Positions 19,741 to 29,577 of a stretch of DNA of 61,403 bases are shown here, piece after piece. The stretch comes from Xanthobacteraceae bacterium. GTDB taxonomy: Bacteria; Pseudomonadota; Alphaproteobacteria; Rhizobiales; Xanthobacteraceae. The stretch spans positions 1 to 61,403 of the forward strand of contig DATNNN010000160.1 of the NCBI GenBank assembly GCA_035601815.1, read 5' to 3'. Under the pieces are notes generated by a model, which was not told where the DNA came from, did not search any database, and saw nothing but the letters and a program-made list of their open reading frames with translations. How positions within the stretch are numbered: the first letter of the stretch is position 1; each line of letters starts with the position of its first letter. Made by a program: the position numbers and the translations under genes.

Positions 19741-20118
19741 TCAGCGCGTGCCGCGGCGGCGGTCGAGCGATTCCGGAGTCTTATCGCGCGGCAGATCGGG
19801 AAATCCGTTCTTCGGCATCTTCTCGGCGATCCCCATGAGTTTCTCGCGGCGGTCCATCTCGGCCCACACGTCCTTGGGCTGCACCTTGGCGTCGGCCCAC
19901 AGCACCACGATGTGATAGAGAAGGTCGGCGCTCTCGCGGATCACGTCCTGGCGCCGTCCGGCTGCCGCTTCGAGCGCCACCTCGGCTGCTTCCTCCGCAA
20001 CCTTCTTGGCGATCTTGCGCTTGCCGGCACGCAAGAGCCGGCCGGTGCGGGAAGCGATCGAATCCTTGCCGCGGATCGTGGTGACCGCCTCGTAGAGGCG
20101 CTGCAGCGAATCACTCAT
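19741..20118 (-). CDS. hisE: Phosphoribosyl-ATP pyrophosphatase
   Basis: 125 aa from MSDSLQRLYEAV. Motifs KKVAEEAAEV and ESADLLYHIVVLW are HisE hallmarks. The longer ORF to 20316 adds a non-homologous N-terminus. Confidence 0.85.
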   Translation of the reverse strand: MSDSLQRLYEAVTTIRGKDSIASRTGRLLRAGKRKIAKKVAEEAAEVALEAAAGRRQDVIRESADLLYHIVVLWADAKVQPKDVWAEMDRREKLMGIAEKMPKNGFPDLPRDKTPESLDRRRGTR

Positions 20119-20314
20119 TGCTTTCAACATACTATGTCGGCAGCGCCGCGCGAATCCTCTCCCTTCGTGCATCAACGTTAACGCGCGCCCTTTCGACCCG
20201 CGGCGCGCGACGAAGCTCGTTGTCGCTTGCTCTTCATGACAGCATGGTCTTTGCTCTGAAATCGAGGCGGCGGCTGGCTTTGTCGTAGTTTCGCAAGGGA
20301 GTGGAAGTCTCTCC

Positions 20315-21364
20315 ATGAATTTCGTCGTTTGCCGCGGATACGCGGCGCGTGTGACGCGTTATGCGTTAGCCGTGGCGGCCGCGATCTCGGTTGCCGCAAC
20401 CGGCATCGCCAGCGCCCAAAACACCGCCGTACGATTCTCGCTTGATTCGAAACTCGAAGGACCCATGGCGCCGTTCGCCGTCGCGATCGATCGCGGCTAC
20501 TACCGTGCCGAAGGCCTCGAGGTCACCATCGACGCCGGGGTGGGCCCGATCGAACCGATCAATCGCGTCGCGTCCGGCAACTACGACTTGGCCTTCACCG
20601 ATATCAACACGCTGATCAAGTTTCGCGACGCCAATCCGCAGACGCCGATCAAGGCGGTGTTCATGGTCTACAACAAGCCGCCCTACGCGGTCGTCGGGCG
20701 CAAGAGCCGCGGCGTCGCCGCACCCAAGGATCTCGAAGGAAAAAAACTCGGCGCGCCGGCCGCCGACGTTGCTTACGCGCAGTGGCCGGTCTTCGTGCAG
20801 GTGAACGGCATCGACGCGTCGAAAGTGACGGTGGAGAATATCGGCTTTCCGGTGCGCGAGCCGATGCTCGCGGCGGGCCAGCTCGACGCCCTCACCGGTA
20901 TCTCGTTCTGGTCCTATATCAATCTCAAGGAGCGCGGGGTGCCCGCCGACGACATCGTCGTGCTGCTTATGGCCGATTACGGCGTCAATCTTTATGGCAA
21001 CGCGATCATCGTCAATCCCAAGTTCGCCGCGGAGAAGCCGGAGGCGGTGAGGGGATTCCTTCGCGCATTCCTCAAGGGGATGAAGGACACGGTCAAGGAT
21101 CCGACGGCCGCCGTCGATTCCGTGATCAAGCGTATCGAGGGGACGAAAAAAGAGGTCGAGCTCGAGCGCCTGCAGATGGCGCTGCGCGACAACATCCTTA
21201 CGCCGGAGGTAAAGGCGAACGGCTTCGGCGGCGTCGACCCGGCGCGCCTCGATAAGTCCATCGACCAGATCGCGCTCACCTATAATTTCAAGGCCAAGCC
21301 CAAGGCCGCCGACCTGTTCGATGCGCAGTTCCTGCCGCCGGCCGCCGACCGCGCCGTTCAGTAA
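20315..21364 (+). CDS. ABC transporter substrate-binding protein (NMT1/THI5-like, NitT/TauT family), orphan
   Basis: 349 aa with a signal peptide and the NMT1-like fold pattern ([13 protein letters not shown]...). There is no adjacent permease or ATPase. Confidence 0.8.
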   Translation: MNFVVCRGYAARVTRYALAVAAAISVAATGIASAQNTAVRFSLDSKLEGPMAPFAVAIDRGYYRAEGLEVTIDAGVGPIEPINRVASGNYDLAFTDINTLIKFRDANPQTPIKAVFMVYNKPPYAVVGRKSRGVAAPKDLEGKKLGAPAADVAYAQWPVFVQVNGIDASKVTVENIGFPVREPMLAAGQLDALTGISFWSYINLKERGVPADDIVVLLMADYGVNLYGNAIIVNPKFAAEKPEAVRGFLRAFLKGMKDTVKDPTAAVDSVIKRIEGTKKEVELERLQMALRDNILTPEVKANGFGGVDPARLDKSIDQIALTYNFKAKPKAADLFDAQFLPPAADRAVQ

Positions 21365-21492
21365 CGCCGGCATGGCGTTCCAGGCGCCGACGCTATTTCC
21401 GCGGCAAACACCCTCCATGGTTAACCGGGCTCGGCAACGAACCGATTGCGGACCGCCGCGTTCTCGCTAGAGTCCGCCGCCGGAAAACGCCC

Positions 21493-23277
21493 ATGTCCTT
21501 CATCCGCCTCTATGCCCGCGTCTTCCTTCTCCTCGGCCCCGAGGCGAAGCTCGGCGTCTTTCTCGCCGGTGCCAATATCCTGTTGGCCATCGCCCAGTTC
21601 GCCGAGCCGGTGCTTTTCGGCCGCATCGTCGACGCGCTGGTGCGGGCGCAAACGGGCGGCCGCACCCCGCAGATGGCGGATCTGGTGCCGCTGCTCGGCG
21701 CCTGGGTGGCGTTCGGCCTGTTCAGCATCGCCTCTGGCGTGACGCTCGCGCTCCACGCCGATCGTCTCGCACACCGGCGGCGGCTCGCCATCATCACCAG
21801 CTACTTCGAGCACGTGCTGCACTTGCCGCTCGCCTACCACGGCGGCACCCATTCCGGCCGCCTCATGAAGGTGATGTTGCAAGGCGCCGACGCGCTGTGG
21901 GGCTTGTGGCTGTCGTTCTTCCGCGATCACTGCGCGGCGTTCGTGGCGCTGATCGCGCTCCTGCCGGTTACGATCTGGATGAACTGGCGGCTCGGGCTCT
22001 TGCTCGTGGCGTTGCTCGTGGTGTTCGCGGCCGTCATTTCGTACGTGATGCGGCAGACCGAGACGATGCAATCGGGCGTGGAGCGGCATCAATCCGATCT
22101 GGCCGAGCGTGCGTCCGATGCGTTCGGCAATATCGCGCTGATCCAGAGCTTTGCGCGGGTCGACGCCGAGGTGGTCGGCTTGAAGGACGTGGCGAGCCGT
22201 GTGCTTGCTGCGCAGATTCCGGTTCTGTCGTGGTGGGCGATCGTTGCGGTGGCGACGCGGGCAGCGACTACGCTGACGATTCTCGCGATCTTCATCGTCG
22301 GCACCTGGCTCTACATTCACGATCTGACCACGGTCGGAGAGATCGTGACCTTCGTCGGCATCGCCGGCCTGTTCGTCGGCAAGCTCGAGCTGACGATGGC
22401 CTTCACCAACCGGCTCCTGCTCGACGCGCCGCGACTCAAGGACTTCATGGAGGTGCTGGACGCCGCACCTTCAGTGCGCGACCGGCCGGGCGCCATTGAC
22501 ATCGGCCGCGTGCGTGGCGAGGTGGAGTTCGACGATGTGTCGCTCTCCTACGACGGCAAGCGGGCCGCCGTTGCCGATCTCTCCTTCAAGGTCGCGCCGG
22601 GCGAGACGGTTGCGGTGGTGGGCGCCACCGGCGCCGGCAAATCCACGGCGCTGTCGCTGCTGCATCGGTCGTTTGACCCCCAGTCGGGCGTGGTGAAGGT
22701 AGACGGCCACGACGTGCGCGACGTGAAGCTCGTGTCGCTTCGCCACAACATCGGCGTGGTGTTCCAGGAGGCGCTCCTATTCAACCGCTCGATCGAGGAA
22801 AACTTGCGCATCGGCAAGCCCGACGCCACGCCCGAAGAGATAGCGGCAGCGATTTCCCGCGCCCAGGCCGACGAGTTCATCGCCCGCACCCCTGGCGGCC
22901 TTGCCGCCAACGTTGGCGAGCGCGGCCGCTCGCTCTCTGGCGGCGAGCGCCAGCGCATCACCATCGCCCGCGTGCTGTTGAAAGACCCGCCGATCCTCAT
23001 CCTCGACGAGGCGACGAGCGCGCTCGACGCCTCCACCGAAGGCAAGGTTCAGGCGGCGATCGAGGAGGTGATGAAGGGGCGCACCACCTTCGTCATCGCG
23101 CACCGGCTCGCCACCGTGCGCAACGCCGACCGCATCCTGGTGTTCCACGAAGGCCACATCGTCGAGACCGGCAACTTCGACGAGCTGGTGCGGCAGAACG
23201 GCCGTTTCGCCGCACTCGCCCGCGCGCAATTTATGGTACGCGACGAGCCCGTGCCCGCCATGCCGGCGGCGCAATAA
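21493..23277 (+). CDS. ndvA: Cyclic beta-1,2-glucan ABC exporter, fused permease/ATPase (NdvA/ChvA-like)
   Basis: 594 aa. Blocks [45 protein letters not shown] and PVLSWWA align to Sinorhizobium NdvA as I recall it. Walker [10 protein letters not shown] and signature LSGGERQR. Confidence 0.78.
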   Translation: MSFIRLYARVFLLLGPEAKLGVFLAGANILLAIAQFAEPVLFGRIVDALVRAQTGGRTPQMADLVPLLGAWVAFGLFSIASGVTLALHADRLAHRRRLAIITSYFEHVLHLPLAYHGGTHSGRLMKVMLQGADALWGLWLSFFRDHCAAFVALIALLPVTIWMNWRLGLLLVALLVVFAAVISYVMRQTETMQSGVERHQSDLAERASDAFGNIALIQSFARVDAEVVGLKDVASRVLAAQIPVLSWWAIVAVATRAATTLTILAIFIVGTWLYIHDLTTVGEIVTFVGIAGLFVGKLELTMAFTNRLLLDAPRLKDFMEVLDAAPSVRDRPGAIDIGRVRGEVEFDDVSLSYDGKRAAVADLSFKVAPGETVAVVGATGAGKSTALSLLHRSFDPQSGVVKVDGHDVRDVKLVSLRHNIGVVFQEALLFNRSIEENLRIGKPDATPEEIAAAISRAQADEFIARTPGGLAANVGERGRSLSGGERQRITIARVLLKDPPILILDEATSALDASTEGKVQAAIEEVMKGRTTFVIAHRLATVRNADRILVFHEGHIVETGNFDELVRQNGRFAALARAQFMVRDEPVPAMPAAQ

Positions 23278-23284
23278 GCCGAGA

Positions 23285-24454
23285 TCAGCGTAGCCGTTCC
23301 AGGATGGATACGTAGTTGGCGACGGCGGCGCCGCCCATGTTGAAGATGCCGCCGAGGCGGGCATCCTTGATCTGCATGTCGCCGGCTTCGCCGCGGAGCT
23401 GCATGGCCGTGATCGCGTGCATGGAAACGCCGGTGGCGCCGATGGGGTGCCCCTTGGATTTGAGCCCGCCCGATGGATTGACCGGCAGCCGCCCGCTTTT
23501 CTCGGTGATGCCCTCGGCGATCACGTCGGCGCCGCGGCCGGGCTTGGCGAGACCCATGGCCTCGTACTCGATCAGCTCGGCAATGGTGAAGCAGTCGTGG
23601 GTTTCGATGAAGGAAAGATCGTCGAGCTTCACGCCCGCCTGCTTCAGCGCGCGCGCCCAGGCCTCGGCGCAGCCCTCGAACTTCAAGATATCGCGCTTGG
23701 ACAGCGGCAGGAAATCCTGGGCGTGCGCCGCGGCGCGGAAGGCGATCGCCTTCTTGTCGAGCCGCAGCGCCGTCTCCACGTCGGCGAGGACGATGGCGGC
23801 AGCACCATCGGACACGAGCGAGCAGTCGGTGCGCTTCAGGGGGCCGGCGACGCGCGGGTTCTTCTCGCCCTCGGCGCGGCAGAAGTCGTAGCCGAGGTCC
23901 TTGCGGATCTGCGCGTAGGGATTGGCGACGCCGTTCTTGTGGTTCTTGGCGGCGATCCGTGCCAGTGCGTCGGACTGGTCGCCGTATTTCTGAAAGTAGG
24001 CGTCGGCGATCTTGCCGAAGATGCCGGCAAAGCCCGCGGGCGTGCCGGCGTCCTCGGGGAGGTACGAAGCGCCGAGGAGAATGTCGCCCACCTCGGCGCC
24101 GGGCGTCTTGGTCATCTGCTCGACGCCGACCACGAGCACGATGCGCGCCGAGCGCGCGGCGATCGCCTTCAACCCCTGATGCACGGCGGCGGAACCGGTG
24201 GCGCAGGCGTTCTCCACCCGGGTCGCCGGCTTGAAGCGGAACGCGGGGTCGGCCTGCAGCACGAGCGCTGCCGTGAATTGCTGTGGCGAAAAGCCGCCGT
24301 TGAAATGGCCGAGCACGATCTCGTCCACGTCGGCGGCGGCGATGGCGGCATCGGCGAGGGCGTCGCGCGCGACGCGGACGACGAGGCTTTCGATGCTCTC
24401 AGTGTCGAGCTTGCCGAAGGGCGTATGCGCAACGCCGACGATGCAGGCGGTCAT
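23285..24454 (-). CDS. Thiolase family protein (SCP-x-type acetyl-CoA acetyltransferase-like)
   Basis: 389 aa with thiolase N/C domains (VENACATGSAA nucleophile Cys region; C-terminal NPSGGLKSKGHPIGATG). Confidence 0.85.
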   Translation of the reverse strand: MTACIVGVAHTPFGKLDTESIESLVVRVARDALADAAIAAADVDEIVLGHFNGGFSPQQFTAALVLQADPAFRFKPATRVENACATGSAAVHQGLKAIAARSARIVLVVGVEQMTKTPGAEVGDILLGASYLPEDAGTPAGFAGIFGKIADAYFQKYGDQSDALARIAAKNHKNGVANPYAQIRKDLGYDFCRAEGEKNPRVAGPLKRTDCSLVSDGAAAIVLADVETALRLDKKAIAFRAAAHAQDFLPLSKRDILKFEGCAEAWARALKQAGVKLDDLSFIETHDCFTIAELIEYEAMGLAKPGRGADVIAEGITEKSGRLPVNPSGGLKSKGHPIGATGVSMHAITAMQLRGEAGDMQIKDARLGGIFNMGGAAVANYVSILERLR

Positions 24455-24511
24455 GCTTCTCTCCGTGCTCGCTGAAATATATGCTGTCCGGGCCGGTGGC
24501 GCACGGCCTCT

Positions 24512-25915
24512 TTGCGCGGACGGCGGAACACGCTAGGAGAGGCCGAGGCGCGGCCGAGGGCCGCCGCCGCATTTCCGCCATCCTCGCGCTTGAGCGACGC
24601 CGGCCTGAACAACGGAACGAACGTGCCGATACCCTTTCGTCAGTCGCTCATCGTTGTCGCCGCGGGTGCCGCGCTCGCCGCGCCGGCCGCGGCCGGCCCC
24701 TATCTCCTGATCGACGCGGAGAGCGGCAAGGTTCTGGCCCAGCACGATGCCGGCCAGCCGTGGCATCCGGCCTCGGTCACCAAACTGATGACCGCATACA
24801 TGACGTTCCGCGCCATGCGCGAGGGCCGGCTGCAGCCGACCACGCTGCTCAACGTGTCGGAGCTCGCGACCTCTCAGGCGCCGTCGAAGATGGGCTTCGC
24901 GCCCGGTACCAAGGTCAGCGTCGACAACGCGCTGAAGATGCTCATGGTCAAGTCGGCGAACGACATGGCCGTCGTGCTTGGCGAGGGCGTCGGCGGCACG
25001 CTGCCGGACTTCATCACCGAGATGAACCGGGCGGCGGCGCAGCTTGGCATGACCGGCACCCGCTTCATCAATCCCAACGGCCTGCCCGATGACGGGCAGA
25101 TCACCACCGCGCGCGACATGGCGATTCTCGCCCGCGCCATCATGCACGAGTTCCCCGAGCACGAGATGCTGTTCCGCATCCCGGCCATCCGCTTCGGCCG
25201 CAAGGTGATGCGCAACCCCAACCGGCTCCTCGACCGCTTCCCCGGCGCCGACGGCATGAAGACCGGCTTCATCTGCGCCTCGGGCTTCAACGTGGTGGCG
25301 AGCGCCAAGCGGGGCGACAAGCGGGTGATCGCCGTCGTGTTCGGCGCCTATTCGTCGTCGCAGCGAGCGGAGGACGCGGCGCGCCTGCTCGAGCGCGGGT
25401 TCGAGCCGCGCTTCTCGCTCGCAGCACTATTCTCCAGCGACCGGCGCCTCGTGGAGGCGATCCCCAACGTGGAGGCGGCACCGGCGGATCTGCGCAACGT
25501 GATGTGCAATCCCAAGCGCAGGCGGCCGGCGGCGGAAACCGATCAGGACGACGACGAAGATAACGCCGAGGATCCGGCCGCCACCAACACCGGGGCCAAG
25601 GGCGCCAAGGAAAAGAAGAACCTGCTTATCGATCTGCCGCGCTCTATGGCGCCGGTGCATGTTTATGCCGGCGCGAGCGAGCCGCCGCTGCAGAAGGAGG
25701 CGGTCGAGCGGCGCAAGAAGAAGGGCAAGCGGATCGCGAAGAAGACCGAGGCCAAGGCGAGCGAGGTCAAGGCCGATGGCGCCGCGAAAGCGGAGCCCGC
25801 CAAGAAAAAGGCAGTGAAGAAGCAGGCCGAAGAAAAGAAAGCGGCGCCGGAAAAGAAGAGCGCGGAGAAGCAGAAGACCGAGAAGAAACAGAGCAAGGAA
25901 AAGGCGAAAGAGTAA
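24512..25915 (+). CDS. Serine-type D-Ala-D-Ala carboxypeptidase (peptidase S11, PBP5/6 family) with a long charged C-terminal tail
   Basis: Motifs SVTK (SxxK), SAND (SxN) and KTGF (KTG). The likely true start is GTG at 24623 (VPIPFRQSLIVVAAGAALAAPAAA signal peptide). The last ~130 aa are an acidic then Lys/Ala/Glu-rich low-complexity tail. Confidence 0.85.
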   Translation: MRGRRNTLGEAEARPRAAAAFPPSSRLSDAGLNNGTNVPIPFRQSLIVVAAGAALAAPAAAGPYLLIDAESGKVLAQHDAGQPWHPASVTKLMTAYMTFRAMREGRLQPTTLLNVSELATSQAPSKMGFAPGTKVSVDNALKMLMVKSANDMAVVLGEGVGGTLPDFITEMNRAAAQLGMTGTRFINPNGLPDDGQITTARDMAILARAIMHEFPEHEMLFRIPAIRFGRKVMRNPNRLLDRFPGADGMKTGFICASGFNVVASAKRGDKRVIAVVFGAYSSSQRAEDAARLLERGFEPRFSLAALFSSDRRLVEAIPNVEAAPADLRNVMCNPKRRRPAAETDQDDDEDNAEDPAATNTGAKGAKEKKNLLIDLPRSMAPVHVYAGASEPPLQKEAVERRKKKGKRIAKKTEAKASEVKADGAAKAEPAKKKAVKKQAEEKKAAPEKKSAEKQKTEKKQSKEKAKE

Positions 25916-25926
25916 GCACGCGGGCC

Positions 25927-27030
25927 ATGAGCGCGAACGCCAACAAGAAGGGCCCACAGGAGCCGATCCCGCTCACGGTCCTCACCGGGTTCCTCGGCGC
26001 CGGCAAGACCACGCTGCTCAACCGCCTCCTGCGCGATCCGGCGCTCGCCGACACCGCCGTTCTGGTGAACGAGGTGGGTGAGATCGGCCTCGACCACATT
26101 CTCTATCAAATTCTCGACGAGGACATCGTGCTCTTGGCGAGCGGCTGCCTGTGCTGCTCGGTGCGCGGCGATCTGGTGTCGGCGCTGGAGAACCTGTTGC
26201 GCGGGCGCGACGCCGGCGAGATGACGCAATTCCGCCGGGTGGTGATCGAGACCACGGGCCTCGCCGATCCCGCCTCGGTGCTGCACGTGATCATGACCCA
26301 CCCGTATCTGGCGCTGCGCTACCGGCTCGACGGCGTAGTTACCGTGGTCGACGCGATGAACGGCGCGGGCACGCTCGATGCGCATGTGGAAGCGGTGAAA
26401 CAGGCGGCAGTCGCCGACCGTATCGTGCTGACAAAATCAGACCTTGCCGCAGCTGCGGGCGTGGCCGCCCTGAAGGAACGGCTCGCCCGCCTCAATCCCG
26501 CGGCGCCGGTGCTCGACGCGGCCAAGGGCGAGGCGGGCGCCGCGGCGCTCCTCAACGCCGGCCTGTTCGATCCGGCGCGCAAGGTTCCGGACGTGGCGCG
26601 CTGGCTCGCCGACGCGGCCGTGCACGCGGCGGAGCACGCCCATCACGGGCATGACCACCATCATCACGACGAGCGCATCCGTGTCTTCACCATCGCCACC
26701 GAGACGCCGATCCCGGCGGCGACGCTCGATCTCTTCCTCGATTTGCTGCGCTCGGTGCACGGCGCGAAGCTCCTGCGCCTCAAGGGTATCGTGCAACTCG
26801 CCGAGGAGCCGGAGCAGCCGATAGTGCTGCACGCGGTGCAGCACGTCCTCCACCCGCCGGCGCGGCTTCCGGCCTGGCCCGACGAGGACCGCCGCTCGCG
26901 GCTCGTTTGCGTCACCTACGACCTCGATCCCGCGATCGTTCGGCGGCTGTTCGACGCCTTCCTCGGCGTGCCGCGGGTGGACGCCCCAGACGCCGCGGCG
27001 TTGACCGATAATCCGCTGGCGATCCGCTGA
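25927..27030 (+). CDS. COG0523/CobW-family G3E GTPase (putative metallochaperone)
   Basis: Walker A GFLGAGKTTLLN, CxCC motif GCLCCSV, His-rich stretch HAAEHAHHGHDHHHHDE, CobW C-terminal domain. Confidence 0.88.
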   Translation: MSANANKKGPQEPIPLTVLTGFLGAGKTTLLNRLLRDPALADTAVLVNEVGEIGLDHILYQILDEDIVLLASGCLCCSVRGDLVSALENLLRGRDAGEMTQFRRVVIETTGLADPASVLHVIMTHPYLALRYRLDGVVTVVDAMNGAGTLDAHVEAVKQAAVADRIVLTKSDLAAAAGVAALKERLARLNPAAPVLDAAKGEAGAAALLNAGLFDPARKVPDVARWLADAAVHAAEHAHHGHDHHHHDERIRVFTIATETPIPAATLDLFLDLLRSVHGAKLLRLKGIVQLAEEPEQPIVLHAVQHVLHPPARLPAWPDEDRRSRLVCVTYDLDPAIVRRLFDAFLGVPRVDAPDAAALTDNPLAIR

Positions 27031-27137
27031 CTTAGCACCCCTTCATTCGACCCAAGGCCCTTGCCACGACTGGGCTTCCTACGGGATGCTTCGGTCAGGA
27101 CGCCTTACAAGAAGCCGAGAACGCGAGGGGGAGGGGA

Positions 27138-28931
27138 ATGTTCGAGCGGGTGAAGTCGGAATTTCGATTCCTGCGGGGCATACTCGCCACGCTCAAGATG
27201 ACGACGCATATCGCCAAGAATCCGAACCGGGTTTTCCCCTGGGTGGTGGAGGAACTCGCCAAGAAATTCGGGCCGAACGAGGCGCTCGTTTCCGACCGCG
27301 AGCGCTTCACCTACGCCGAGCTTGACGCCCGCGCCAACCGCTACGCGCGCTGGGCGCTCGCCCAGGGCCTGAAGAAGGGCGACGTGGTCTGCCTGATGAT
27401 GCTGAGCCGGCCGGAATATATCGCGATCTGGCTTGGCATTACGCGGATCGGCGGGGTTGTGGCGCTAATCAACACCAATCTCACCGGCACGGCGCTCACG
27501 CACTCGGTGTCGATCGTCCAGCCGAAACACGTGATTGTCGTCAACGAGCTCATGCCCGCGTTCAGGACCGCGGAGACCAATCTCACCGTCAAGCCCAAGG
27601 TGTGGGTGCACGGCGCCAATGTCGCCGGCCACGACCGCATCGACACGGTGGTGTCCGGGCTCGACGGCGGCGAGCTGCCGGCCGAGCAGCGGCCGGTGCT
27701 GTCGATCAACGACTATGCCCTGTTCATCTACACGAGCGGCACCACCGGGCTGCCGAAGGCGGCCAACATCAATCACTACCGGTTGATGCTGGCGTCGCAC
27801 GCCTTTGCCGGCGTCATGGGTACGAAGTCGACCGACCGCATGTACGACTGCCTGCCCATGTACCATTCCAACGGCGGCATCGTGGCGACGGGCGCCACGC
27901 TGCTCGCCGGTGGCACGGTGATAATCCGCGAGAGGTTCTCCGCGCGCGAGTTCTGGGACGACGTCGTGCGCTGGAACTGCACCATGTTCTTCTACATCGG
28001 CGAGCTCTGCCGCTATCTCGTCACCGCGCCGCCATCGGAGGCGGAGAAGCGCCACAGGATTCGCCTGTGCTGCGGCAACGGCATGCGGCCGGACGTGTGG
28101 GGGCCGTTCCAGGCGCGCTACCACATCCCGCAAGTTATCGAGTTCTACGCCGCCACCGAGGGCAACGTCGGGGTGTTCAACTTCGACGGCAAGGCGGGCG
28201 CCGTCGGCCGCCTGCCATGGTACATGGCCCACCGCTTTCCCATCGCCGTGGTCAAGTTCGACATCGAGCGCGAGGAGCCGGTGCGCGGCCCGGACGGCTT
28301 CTGCATCCGCTGCAAGCCGGGCGAAGTGGGCGAGGTGGTCGGACGCATCCTCAACGACCCGAGCAAGCCGTCGGCCCGCTTCGAGGGCTACGCCGACAAG
28401 TCGGCGACCGAGAAGAAGATCCTGCGCAACGTGTTCGAGAAGGGCGACTCCTACTTTCGCACCGGCGACCTGATGAAGCAGGACGAGAATGGCTACTTCT
28501 ATTTCATCGATCGTATCGGCGACACCTACCGCTGGAAGGGCGAGAACGTCGCGACGTCGGAGGTGTCCGAGGCGATCACGGTATTCCCCGGCGTCGCCGA
28601 AGCGAACGTCTACGGCGTGCAGGTGCAGGGCCGCGACGGCCGCGCCGGCATGGCGGAGATCGTGTCGAAGGACAGGCTCGACCTGAAGACTCTCGGCCAG
28701 CACCTGGAGAAATCGCTGCCCGTCTATGCGCGGCCGCTATTCCTGCGGCTCAGCAGCAACATCGAAGTCACCGGCACCTTCAAGCAGAAGAAGGTCGATC
28801 TGGTGAAGGAAGGCTTCGACCCGGCGGTGATCAAGGACGATCTTTACTTCTTCGATTCGGAGAAGAGCGCGTTTGTCCACCTCGACAAGCCGCTGTACGA
28901 GCGCATCCAGTCGGGCGGGGTGCGTCTCTGA
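27138..28931 (+). CDS. Long-chain acyl-CoA synthetase (FATP/very-long-chain type)
   Basis: 597 aa. AMP-binding motif YTSGTTGLPKAA, FATP-type block TGDLMKQDENGYFYFIDRIGDTYRWKGENV. Confidence 0.85.
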   Translation: MFERVKSEFRFLRGILATLKMTTHIAKNPNRVFPWVVEELAKKFGPNEALVSDRERFTYAELDARANRYARWALAQGLKKGDVVCLMMLSRPEYIAIWLGITRIGGVVALINTNLTGTALTHSVSIVQPKHVIVVNELMPAFRTAETNLTVKPKVWVHGANVAGHDRIDTVVSGLDGGELPAEQRPVLSINDYALFIYTSGTTGLPKAANINHYRLMLASHAFAGVMGTKSTDRMYDCLPMYHSNGGIVATGATLLAGGTVIIRERFSAREFWDDVVRWNCTMFFYIGELCRYLVTAPPSEAEKRHRIRLCCGNGMRPDVWGPFQARYHIPQVIEFYAATEGNVGVFNFDGKAGAVGRLPWYMAHRFPIAVVKFDIEREEPVRGPDGFCIRCKPGEVGEVVGRILNDPSKPSARFEGYADKSATEKKILRNVFEKGDSYFRTGDLMKQDENGYFYFIDRIGDTYRWKGENVATSEVSEAITVFPGVAEANVYGVQVQGRDGRAGMAEIVSKDRLDLKTLGQHLEKSLPVYARPLFLRLSSNIEVTGTFKQKKVDLVKEGFDPAVIKDDLYFFDSEKSAFVHLDKPLYERIQSGGVRL

Positions 28932-28934
28932 TCG

Positions 28935-29486
28935 ATGGCGAGCGAGATTGCGACGCCGGAGGAAGTGCGGAGCTTCTGGCGCGAGGCCGGGCCCAAGCGC
29001 TGGTACAAGGTCGATCCCAGCTTCGACGAAGAGATCCGCGAGCGTTTCCTCGCCACCTGGGAAGCGGCGCGGGCGGGCGGCCTCGCGGCATGGGAGCAGA
29101 CGCCCGAGGGCGCGCTCGCGCTTCTCCTCGTGGTCGACCAGTTCCCGCGCAACATGTTTCGCGGCGACGCGCGGTCCTTTGTCACGGACGCTCTAGCGCG
29201 GGCGGTCGCCGGGCGGGCGATCGAGCGCAAGTTCGATCAGACGGTCGCGTCGCCCGAGCGGAACTTCTTCTACTTGCCGTATATGCATAGCGAAGCGCTC
29301 GCCGATCAGGAGCACGCGGTCGCCCTGATACGGGTGATCGGCGACGCCGACGGCATCAAGCACGCGGAAGCCCACCGCGACCTCATCCGGCGTTTCGGCC
29401 GGTTCCCGTTCCGCAACCAGGCGCTGGGCCGTACCTCGACCCCGGCGGAGGCCGAATACCTCGCCGCCGGCGGTTATCGCGCGTAG
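28935..29486 (+). CDS. DUF924 family protein
   Basis: 183 aa. Motifs FWREAGPKRWY, VVDQFPRNMFRG, FFYLPYMHSE and GRFPFRN match the DUF924 pattern. Confidence 0.8.
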   Translation: MASEIATPEEVRSFWREAGPKRWYKVDPSFDEEIRERFLATWEAARAGGLAAWEQTPEGALALLLVVDQFPRNMFRGDARSFVTDALARAVAGRAIERKFDQTVASPERNFFYLPYMHSEALADQEHAVALIRVIGDADGIKHAEAHRDLIRRFGRFPFRNQALGRTSTPAEAEYLAAGGYRA

Positions 29487-29577
29487 TCGGCCCGACGTGA
29501 CCTATTTCCCTAACGCTTTCTTAAAGTTGGCCCGGTAGGTCGGTAGCGAACGCGAACCGAGATCGGGGAGTTTCACC

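Noticed and set aside
20119-20314. A possible TPP riboswitch upstream of the NMT1/THI5-like binding-protein gene.
   Set aside because: The leader lacks the conserved CUGAGA / ACCUGAUCUGGAUAAUGCCAGCG-type elements. I could not fold a THI-box from the sequence.
24455-24622. A Zur/Fur-type box upstream of the carboxypeptidase-COG0523 pair.
   Set aside because: No AT-rich palindrome resembling known Zur or Fur operators is present. Only a short GAAATATATGC stretch occurs.
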